NCBI GenBank assembly: GCA_963754315.1
Contig: CAVWFS010000020.1
Span: 32,001-96,000 of the forward strand
Length of the DNA: 64,000 nt
From: an uncultured Candidatus Rokubacteria bacterium
Lineage (GTDB): Bacteria; Methylomirabilota; Methylomirabilia; Rokubacteriales; CSP1-6
Reading direction: 5' to 3'
The position numbers and the translations under genes were made by a program. Below the pieces are notes generated by a model. That model was not told where the DNA came from and searched no databases. It saw nothing but the letters and a program-made list of their open reading frames with translations. Of the stretch, positions 41,529 through 51,243 are shown piece by piece; within the stretch, counting starts at the first letter, position 1; the number at the start of each line of letters is the position of its first letter.

Positions 41529-42532
41529 TCGGGCGCCGGCACTTCCTCACGGGATCCGCCGCCGTCGTGACAACGATCGCCGCAGACCGCGGCGGTCTGG
41601 CTGTCGCGGCCGAGCCGCCGCCGGAGACGACACGCGTCAGGTTGGGTGCCGTGCCAAGCATTTGCCTCTCGCCGCAGTATGTCGCCGAGGACCTGCTGCG
41701 TGCCGAGGGGTTCACCGATATCCGGTATCCGCCGGTCAGCGGAGGCGTATCCGGGGCGAAGGAAATGGGCAGCGGCAGCGGGGACGCGGACATCGCCATG
41801 AACTTCGCCGCGCCCCTCGTCGTCGCACTGGACGGGGGCACGCCGATCGTCGTGCTGGCCGGCGTGCACATCGGGTGTTTCGAGCTGATCGCCACGGACC
41901 GCGTCCGGACGATCAAGGACTTGAAGGGAAAGACCGTCGCCGTGTTCGGTCTGGGGTCCGCCCAGCACGTGTTCCTGGCGAGCATGGCATCGCTGGTGGG
42001 TCTTGATCCGCGCAAGGACATCAGCTGGGTGACCCATCCGTCGGCCGAGGCCAAGAGACTCCTCGCCGAGGGCAAGATCGATGCGTTCCTCGGGTTTCCT
42101 CCGGATCCCCAGGACTTGCGCGCCCGGGGGATCGGCCACGTCGTGGTGAATAGTGCCTCCGACCGGCCGTGGTCCCAGTACTTCTGCTGCATGGTGGTGG
42201 CGAACCGGGAATTCGTCGCGCGGCATCCGGTCGCCACCAAGCGCGCCCTGCGCGCGATCCTGAAGGGGGATGAGGTGTGCGCCGTCGATCCGGCTCGCGC
42301 GGCGCGGGCGTACCACGACCGTGGCTTCGACGTGCCCGAGCCCCTCGTCCTACAGGCCTTGAAGGAAGTGCCCTTCGGCCGGTGGCGCGCGTACGACCCG
42401 GCGGATACGCTCCGCTTCTACGCCCTGCGTCTCCGCGAGGCGGGAATGATCAACGGCAGCCCGCAGAGGATCCTGGCGCAGGGCACCGACTGGCGGTTCC
42501 TCAATGAGCTGAAGAAGGAGCTGAAGGGCTGA
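41525..42532 (+). CDS. NMT1/TauA-like substrate-binding protein, array copy 5
   Basis: GRRHFL signal, HIGCFEL, WSQYFCC, identical C-terminus; ATGA overlap fixes the start at 41525. Confidence 0.9.
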   Translation: MIGRRHFLTGSAAVVTTIAADRGGLAVAAEPPPETTRVRLGAVPSICLSPQYVAEDLLRAEGFTDIRYPPVSGGVSGAKEMGSGSGDADIAMNFAAPLVVALDGGTPIVVLAGVHIGCFELIATDRVRTIKDLKGKTVAVFGLGSAQHVFLASMASLVGLDPRKDISWVTHPSAEAKRLLAEGKIDAFLGFPPDPQDLRARGIGHVVVNSASDRPWSQYFCCMVVANREFVARHPVATKRALRAILKGDEVCAVDPARAARAYHDRGFDVPEPLVLQALKEVPFGRWRAYDPADTLRFYALRLREAGMINGSPQRILAQGTDWRFLNELKKELKG

Positions 42533-42552
42533 CACGCTTCGGGCCGCGGGCC

Positions 42553-43135
42553 GTGGCGGGACTCGCCGTCGCCTTCATCCTCTCGGTGGCGATGCCAGAC
42601 TCTCGCGCACCAGCCGGGCCGTGACGCGCGGCTGCCCACGATCGGGGCGGCGCCCACGTTTTCGCTGACGACTGCCGACGGCGGGCGGCTCGCTCTGGCC
42701 GATATGCGCGGCAAGGTCGTTGCGATCACCTTCATCTATGCGACGTGCACCGACACCTGTCCCCTGCTCACGGCGAAGCTGGCCGGGCTCGGCCAGCGGA
42801 TGGGGAAGGATTTCGGCGCGAAGGTGGCGTTTGTCGCCATCACCGTCGATCCCGAGCGCGACACTGCAGACGTCTTGCGGAGCTACGCGCAGGCGCACGG
42901 CGCGAGGGGGGCGGGCTGGGCGTTCCTCACCGGGACACCGGCGGAGATCAAGGACGTAGCCCAGCGCTACGGCGTGTTTGCGCGGAAGACAGATCGCGGC
43001 GACGTCGACCACACGTTCCTCACCTCGCTCGTGGACCGTGCGGGCGCGCTGCGAGTCCAGTACATGGGCGTCCGGTTCAATCCTGACGAGATGCTGCGCG
43101 ATCTCCGCTCGCTCCTCCGCGAAGGCGGCGGGTGA
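42553..43135 (+). CDS. SCO1/SenC family copper-binding protein (frameshift near 42598 after the signal peptide)
   Basis: APTFSLT...GKVVAITFIYATCTDTCP (CxxxC), ITVDPERDT, WAFLTG, VDHT (His ligand); signal MAGLAVAFILSVAMP in the adjacent frame. Confidence 0.88.
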
Positions 43136-44649
43136 TGCGCGCGCTCCTGCGCGCCCTCCCGCGCCTCGTGGCGAGGATCCCGGCCGCGGTGCACACCAAG
43201 CTCCTGGTCGCGTTCCTCACCATCGTCGGCCTGCTGATCGCGCTCGGCGCGGTCGGTCTCGAGGTTCTCGGCGAGGTGAATCGCCGGGCGGAAGACCTCG
43301 TGAAGCTGCAGCGCAAGATCGCCGCCTACCGCCAGCTGCAACACGACACGACCGGCCAGCTCTACAGTGTCGCCGCGGCGCTGCTCGTCCCCGAGGATCG
43401 GAGCCTCGACGCCATCCTCCGCCAGCTCAACCAGTTCGGCTACGACCTGGACCGCCTGCAGTTCGTCGCCCGGGACGAGGTCGAGCTGCTCGGCCGCCTG
43501 CGGGCCGACTACGACGAGTTCATCCGGGTCGTCACGCGGGTCGTGGAGCTGATCCGGACGGGCCGGGCCGACGAAGGGCGGGAGCTGCAGCTGGCGCAGG
43601 CGAACCCACTGGCTGACCGGCTGGAGCGGCTCACGAACCAGCTCGTCAACCAGGCGGAAGCCGACATGGTGGCCAGCGTGGACACGAGCCACGACGCGTT
43701 CGTGCGCGCGCGGTGGATCGTCATCGGGTTCGCGGTAGGGGCGATCGGCCTGGCCCTCGTGCTCGGGTTCGCAATCTCGTGGTCGCTGGTCGGAGCCGTC
43801 AAGGCAATGGACGTGGGCCTCGCACAGATTGCCTCCGGGGACTTCTCCCGACGCGTCGACATTCCGAATCGCGACGAGCTCGGCGCGCTCGCGGCCAACC
43901 TGAACCGGATGAACGACGAGCTGGGGCGGCTGTACCGCGAGCTGGAGGCGGCCAGCCGCCACAAGTCGGAGTTCCTCGCCAACATGTCGCACGAGCTGCG
44001 GACGCCGCTCAACGCGATCATCGGCTTCTCGGAGGCTCTGGACGACCGCATGTTCGGGGAGCTGAACGAGAAGCAGGCCGAGTACATCCGCGTCGTCCTG
44101 AGCTCCGGACGCCACCTGCTCTCACTGATCAACGATATCCTGGACCTCTCCAAGGTCGAGGCGGGACGGATGGAGCTGGAGCTCGGGACGTTCAATCTCC
44201 GCATGGCCCTCGAGAACGCGCTCACCTTGATGCGTGAACGCGCCATGCGCCACGGGCTCGCGTTCGAGCTGACGGTCGACGAGACGCTCGAGGACGTCGT
44301 CGCCGACGAGCGAAAGCTCAAGCAGGTGCTCCTGAATCTGCTGTCCAACGCCGTGAAGTTCACGCCCGAGGGCGGCCGGATCGACGTGCGTGCGCTGCCC
44401 GCGAACGGCACCGTCGAGGTGTCCGTCACCGACACCGGGGTCGGGATCGCCCTCGAGGACCAGGCGGCGATCTTCGAGGAGTTCCGCCAGGTGGGCCACG
44501 CCGCGCGCAAGCGCGAGGGCACCGGTCTCGGCCTCGCGCTGGCGCGAAAGTTCGTCGAGCTGCATGGCGGCCGCCTGTGGGTGAAGAGCGAGCTGGGTCG
44601 CGGATCGACGTTCACGTTCACGCTTCCCGCGAGCCCCCATGCCGGGTGA
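43132..44649 (+). CDS. Membrane sensor histidine kinase (2 TM, helical periplasmic domain, HAMP, HisKA, HATPase)
   Basis: IASGDF...NRDELGALA HAMP; FLANMSHELRTPLN; NLLSNAVKFT, DTGVGI, FEEF, GTGLGL; GTGA overlap with SCO. Confidence 0.95.
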   Translation: MMRALLRALPRLVARIPAAVHTKLLVAFLTIVGLLIALGAVGLEVLGEVNRRAEDLVKLQRKIAAYRQLQHDTTGQLYSVAAALLVPEDRSLDAILRQLNQFGYDLDRLQFVARDEVELLGRLRADYDEFIRVVTRVVELIRTGRADEGRELQLAQANPLADRLERLTNQLVNQAEADMVASVDTSHDAFVRARWIVIGFAVGAIGLALVLGFAISWSLVGAVKAMDVGLAQIASGDFSRRVDIPNRDELGALAANLNRMNDELGRLYRELEAASRHKSEFLANMSHELRTPLNAIIGFSEALDDRMFGELNEKQAEYIRVVLSSGRHLLSLINDILDLSKVEAGRMELELGTFNLRMALENALTLMRERAMRHGLAFELTVDETLEDVVADERKLKQVLLNLLSNAVKFTPEGGRIDVRALPANGTVEVSVTDTGVGIALEDQAAIFEEFRQVGHAARKREGTGLGLALARKFVELHGGRLWVKSELGRGSTFTFTLPASPHAG

Positions 44650-45010
44650 GCTGATCCTTCTCGTCGAGGACAACGACCCCAGCCGGATGCTCGTCCGCGA
44701 CGTGCTCCGGGCGAGCGGCTACAGCGTCGTCGAAGCGGAGAACGCGGAGGACGGTCTGCTCATGGCCGCGGAGCAGCGGCCGGCCCTGATCCTCATGGAC
44801 ATCCAGCTCCCGGGTATGAACGGGATCGAGGCCCTGCAGCGGCTGCGCGCCGATCCCGCCACTCGCGCGATCCCGGTCATCGCCGTGACGGCCTCCGCGA
44901 TGACGCTGGACCGCCGCCAGATCATGGCCGCCGGCTTCGACGGCTACCAGGCGAAGCCGATCAGCTTGAAGGGTTTCCTCCAGGCCGTGCGGGAGATGCT
45001 GCCGTCGTGA
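44639..45010 (+). CDS. Single-domain response regulator (DivK/CheY-like)
   Basis: LVEDN, LMDIQLPGMNG, AVTA, AKPI; overlaps the kinase. Confidence 0.93.
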   Translation: MPGELILLVEDNDPSRMLVRDVLRASGYSVVEAENAEDGLLMAAEQRPALILMDIQLPGMNGIEALQRLRADPATRAIPVIAVTASAMTLDRRQIMAAGFDGYQAKPISLKGFLQAVREMLPS

Positions 45011-45076
45011 GCGGTCCGCGGCTTTGGTTAACGAGGCCAGACCGGAAAGGGTCGCCTGGCTAGCGCCTGTCCGGGT

Positions 45077-45928
45077 CTACCTGCGCAACCCAGCGAACAG
45101 GTCGCTCTCCAGACCCGAGGCGCCCGACTGTCCTCGCGCGAGCTGAAAGCTCTCCCGGCCAAAGATTCGGTAGAAGAGCGCCGGTGGCATCTTCGCGAAG
45201 AAGACCTCCGGTCCCATCTGGCTGGCGTGCGCCATGAGCGCCTGGCGCTTGCGCTCGACCTGCGGGGAGACGTCGACCTCCGTGGTGATCAGCTCGTCGG
45301 GCGTGCCGATATCCGGTTCGCGCGCCTCGCCGCCCTCGAACGGCGCCTCGATTCCCGCCTCGCGCAGGAGTCGGGCGAAATTCTTGATCTTGGAGCGGGC
45401 CACCGCGGTGTAGTACAGCTTTGCCGGCCGCCAGGGCTCACCCGCCTCGGGCCAGCGCGCCGGATCGCTGGCCGCCTCGTACGCGGACACGGTAATCTGG
45501 TGCGCCTTGATGTGGTCCGGGTGACCGTAGAAGCCGTTTTCGTCGTAGGTCACCAGCACCTGGGGCCGCTCCCGCCGGACGAGGGCCACCAATCTGGCCG
45601 TCGCCTCGTCCAATGAAGCCTGGCAGAAGCTCGCCGGGTGCTCGTTGTCGGGTGTTCCCATCATCCCTGAATCGCGATAGCCCAGCAGGTGGAGCCTCCC
45701 GACGCGCAGGATGTCGCAGGCCTGCCGTAGCTCCCTCCGCCGAACTTCGACCAGCGTTTCGGGCGTCGCCAGTCCCGGATCCGCTATCTCGCCGACCTCG
45801 CCGCCGGTGCAGGTGACCAGCACCGTCCGGAGGCCCTCCTCCGCGTAGCGGGCCAACACGCCGCCAGTGCTGATTGACTCATCGTCCGGGTGCGCATGGA
45901 CTGCCATCAACGTCAGGGCTTCCGTCAT
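45077..45928 (-). CDS. PIG-L family deacetylase (MshB/Mca-like)
   Basis: HAHPDDE, TGGEVG, YRDSGM, GFYGHPDH, AHASQ. Confidence 0.9.
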   Translation of the reverse strand: MTEALTLMAVHAHPDDESISTGGVLARYAEEGLRTVLVTCTGGEVGEIADPGLATPETLVEVRRRELRQACDILRVGRLHLLGYRDSGMMGTPDNEHPASFCQASLDEATARLVALVRRERPQVLVTYDENGFYGHPDHIKAHQITVSAYEAASDPARWPEAGEPWRPAKLYYTAVARSKIKNFARLLREAGIEAPFEGGEAREPDIGTPDELITTEVDVSPQVERKRQALMAHASQMGPEVFFAKMPPALFYRIFGRESFQLARGQSGASGLESDLFAGLRR

Positions 45929-46127
45929 TTCGCCTCCAGGCTGCCGATCGCCGCCGCCCCCACGATCCTAGCCCGATACCGTTTGTGCCGCCTACGAGTG
46001 AGTGGTTTGGTGTAAATCGGACCCGCGAAGCACAGGCCAGCGCGACTACCCCGGCGATTGTTTCGCGGCTGTCCGCCGTGCGGCCAAGCAGCGACACTTC
46101 GCCGCGAGGTCGATTGTGCCGCCGACG

Positions 46128-46156
46128 TTGATTCGTCACGCGGTCTCCGCTAGGCT
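46128..46156 (+). promoter_or_regulatory. Sigma70-type promoter for the molybdoenzyme gene
   Basis: TTGATT-17 nt-TAGGCT, ending 14 nt before ATG 46171. Confidence 0.45.
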
Positions 46157-46170
46157 CGCTCCGACAGCCG

Positions 46171-48489
46171 ATGGAACGCGCATTCGGTCAGCCCATGCGA
46201 CGCAAGGAGGATGCACGCCTTCTCACCGGACGCGGGGCCTATGCAGCGGACTTTCGCCTGCCCGGGATGCTCCAGGCCGCCGTCCTGCGATCGCCTCACG
46301 CCCACGCGCGCCTGGGGGAGATTGGGGCCAAGGCGGCGCTGGCGCTTCCCGGAGTGGTAGCCGTGGTGACCAGCGACGATCTCGGCCCCGTCGGCCGCAT
46401 CCCCACGCGCCTGGGACACCGCACCGGCGCCGTCGAGTGCCTGCAGTTTCCCCTGGCGCGAGAGCGGGTGCGCTACGTGGGCGAGCCAGTGGCCATGGTG
46501 ATCGCCGAGAGCCGGTACCTGGCAGAGGACGCGCTCGACCTGATGGAGGTCGGCTACGAGCCGCTGGAGACCATCACCAACGCGCGGCACTCGCTCGAGC
46601 CGGACGCACCCGTGCTGCATCCGGTGGTCGGCGTCAACCTCGTGGACCTCCTGGAGACCCGCAAGGGCGACGCGCCGGCCGCCCTGGCGCGCGCCCGATA
46701 CCGCGTGCGGGAGCACTTCGCCGTGCAGCGCCACACGGGCGTGCCCATCGAGACCCGGGGACTGACTGCGGCCTACGATCCCGGCACCCGCATGCTGCGG
46801 CTGTGGGGCGTGGCCAAGGTGCCGCACTTCAACCGCCGCGTGCTCGCCGACCTCCTCGGCCATCCCGAGCACCTCATCCAGTTCGTTGAGCTGGAGGTAG
46901 GAGGCGGCTTCGGTGTGCGGGGCGAGTTCTATCCGGAAGACCTCATGGTGCCCTGGGCGGCCATGCGGCTCGGCCGGCCCGTACAGTGGATCGAGGATCG
47001 GCGCGAGCACCTCATGGCCACCAACCACTCGCGGCAGCAGGACCACGATATCGAGATCGGATTCGACGCCGACTATCGGATCGTGGCCCTCGTCGACCGA
47101 TTCACCGTGGACCTGGGCGCCTACATCCGTACGCACGGCGTCGTGGTCCCCGAGCTGACGGCGGCCCTGATGCCCGGGCCGTACCGCATCCCGAACTATC
47201 TGTCCGAGGCGCGCTGTGTCCTCACCAACAAGACACCGACGGGAACCTATCGGGGTCCTGGCCGATTCGAGTGCACGTTTGTCCGCGAGCGCCTGCTCGA
47301 CATCGCCGCGGATCGACTGGGGATCGATCCCCTCGAGCTGCGGCGCCGCAACTTCATCGAGCCCTCGGAGATGCCGTACGACGTCGGGGGCGCCTCGCTC
47401 GCTCAACGGACGGTCTATGACTGCGGCGACTACCGATCCGCCCTCGACCAGGCGGTCGACGCGGTCGACTACGTGGCGGTGCGGCGCGAGCAGGCCGCCG
47501 CGCGGGACCAGGGGCGCTACCTGGGGATCGGGGTCGGCTGCGTGCTGGAGAAGGCCGGGCTCGGGCCGTGGGAGTACGCGCGGGTGGAGGTCGACGCGAC
47601 CGGCCACGTCGTCGTCTACTCCGGGGTCGCGGCGGTCGGGCAAGGGATCGAGACTACGCTGGCCCAGGTCGTGGCCGATGAGCTGGCCGTCCCCGCGGAA
47701 GCGATCACCGTCGTTCATGGCGACAGCTCGCGGGTGCCGTTTGGGGTCGGCGGCTTCGCCAGCCGGGGGGCGTCGGTGGCCCTGCCGGCTGCGCTGGAGG
47801 CCGCGCGTAAAGTGCACGCCAAGATCGTCCGCGTTGCCGCCGGGCTCCTCGAGGCCGACCCCGGGGATCTCGTGGTGGAGGGCGGCGTCGTCCACGTGCG
47901 CGGCGTTCCAGATCGCCAGCTGACCTTTCGCCAGCTTGCGCGCGCCGCCATTCCCGGACCGCCGGGGATGGAGCCCGGGCTCTATGCCGAGCACTTCTTC
48001 GAAGCTCCGAAGATGACCTATCCGTACGGGACGCACATCGCAGTCGTCGAGGTCGACATCGAGACGGGAGCGGTGGCGCTCCGCAAGTACGTCATCACCT
48101 ACGACGTCGGGCGCGCGGTCAACCCGATGATCGTCGACGGCCAGCTCGTGGGGGCGCTGGGCCAGGGGCTGGGGGGCGCGCTCTTCGAGGAACTGGTGTA
48201 CGACGAGCAAGGCCAGCTTCTGACCACGACGCTCATGGACTATCTGTTGCCGACGGCTATGGAGATGCCGGCGGTCACGGTCGCGCGCATCCTCGAGGAG
48301 ACGCCGACCCCACTGAACCCGCTCGGCGTCAAGGGCGTCGGCGAGGGCGGCAGCTCGGGGTGCGGAGCGGCCATCGCCAACGCGGTAGCCGACGCTCTGG
48401 TCCCCCTGGGAATCGGCATCACCGCGCTACCGCTCAGCCCCGACCGCCTCCGCGCGCTGGTCCGCAAGGCCCAAGCGGCCCGGACCTGA
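46171..48489 (+). CDS. Xanthine dehydrogenase-family molybdopterin-binding large subunit (CoxL/CutL-like)
   Basis: RKEDARLLTG, RSPHAHA, VGGGFG, YRGPGR, GQG-ET, FASRG, NPLGVKGVGEG. Confidence 0.93.
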   Translation: MERAFGQPMRRKEDARLLTGRGAYAADFRLPGMLQAAVLRSPHAHARLGEIGAKAALALPGVVAVVTSDDLGPVGRIPTRLGHRTGAVECLQFPLARERVRYVGEPVAMVIAESRYLAEDALDLMEVGYEPLETITNARHSLEPDAPVLHPVVGVNLVDLLETRKGDAPAALARARYRVREHFAVQRHTGVPIETRGLTAAYDPGTRMLRLWGVAKVPHFNRRVLADLLGHPEHLIQFVELEVGGGFGVRGEFYPEDLMVPWAAMRLGRPVQWIEDRREHLMATNHSRQQDHDIEIGFDADYRIVALVDRFTVDLGAYIRTHGVVVPELTAALMPGPYRIPNYLSEARCVLTNKTPTGTYRGPGRFECTFVRERLLDIAADRLGIDPLELRRRNFIEPSEMPYDVGGASLAQRTVYDCGDYRSALDQAVDAVDYVAVRREQAAARDQGRYLGIGVGCVLEKAGLGPWEYARVEVDATGHVVVYSGVAAVGQGIETTLAQVVADELAVPAEAITVVHGDSSRVPFGVGGFASRGASVALPAALEAARKVHAKIVRVAAGLLEADPGDLVVEGGVVHVRGVPDRQLTFRQLARAAIPGPPGMEPGLYAEHFFEAPKMTYPYGTHIAVVEVDIETGAVALRKYVITYDVGRAVNPMIVDGQLVGALGQGLGGALFEELVYDEQGQLLTTTLMDYLLPTAMEMPAVTVARILEETPTPLNPLGVKGVGEGGSSGCGAAIANAVADALVPLGIGITALPLSPDRLRALVRKAQAART

Positions 48490-48526
48490 CGTTCGGACGC
48501 AGCTGAAGCCCAGCTGCGTCCGAACG
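48490..48526. terminator. Hairpin between convergent genes (likely bidirectional terminator)
   Basis: cgttcggacgcagctg-aagcc-cagctgcgtccgaacg, perfect 16-bp stem. Confidence 0.75.
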
Positions 48527-48540
48527 CCCTTCCGCCGATA

Positions 48541-50799
<2,259 letters not shown>

Positions 50800-50899
50800 C
50801 TATAGCAGAGCCCGCCGCGGTCGGGTGAGGCGCAGGCCGCGGGCCCGCAGGGCATCGCTCGGCGGGCCGGCGACGGCGCGTGAGGGGACCCGAAGCTTT

Positions 50900-50916
50900 T
50901 TAGGAATCATTCTCAA
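50900..50916. promoter_or_regulatory. Fur/PerR-like operator upstream of katG
   Basis: AT-rich imperfect 8-1-8 inverted repeat TTAGGAAT-C-ATTCTCAA in a GC-rich background. Confidence 0.5.
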
Positions 50917-51243
50917 GATTCTCTCCGCCGATCCTACCCCCCCGGAAGACGGCGGTCAAGCGCTCGCTCCGCATCGAGGGAACCTGGCAGAGCCGCTTGA
51001 CTGGGGGCAGGACCGCTCAAGGCTCCTGCCGCGCCTCGCGATTCCTCGCATCCCGCTGCTCTCCCGGCGTGGTGTACCCGTCCTGGGATCCCAGCGCCGC
51101 GTTGGGCTAACGCGTCGACGACCCCCCTCATCGCTTCGCGGAGGCTTCCCGTGAAGCACCTTGATCAGTCAGCGACGCGCTGGCGGTGCTTGGTCCAGTC
51201 CCGGATGGGCTACTGGCGAAGGACAGGCCGCGTCAGGCATCGC

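Noticed and set aside
37465..42532. Diversity-generating retroelement or integron as the source of SBP diversity
   Set aside because: No reverse transcriptase, tyrosine recombinase or attC-like sites; junction-repeat mismatches are not adenine-specific.
45077..45928. mshB or mca assignment
   Set aside because: Motifs are shared across PIG-L deacetylases and no mycothiol genes are in the window.
46171..48489. True aerobic CO dehydrogenase coxL
   Set aside because: Lacks the form I AYxCSFR motif and has no coxMS or accessory genes.
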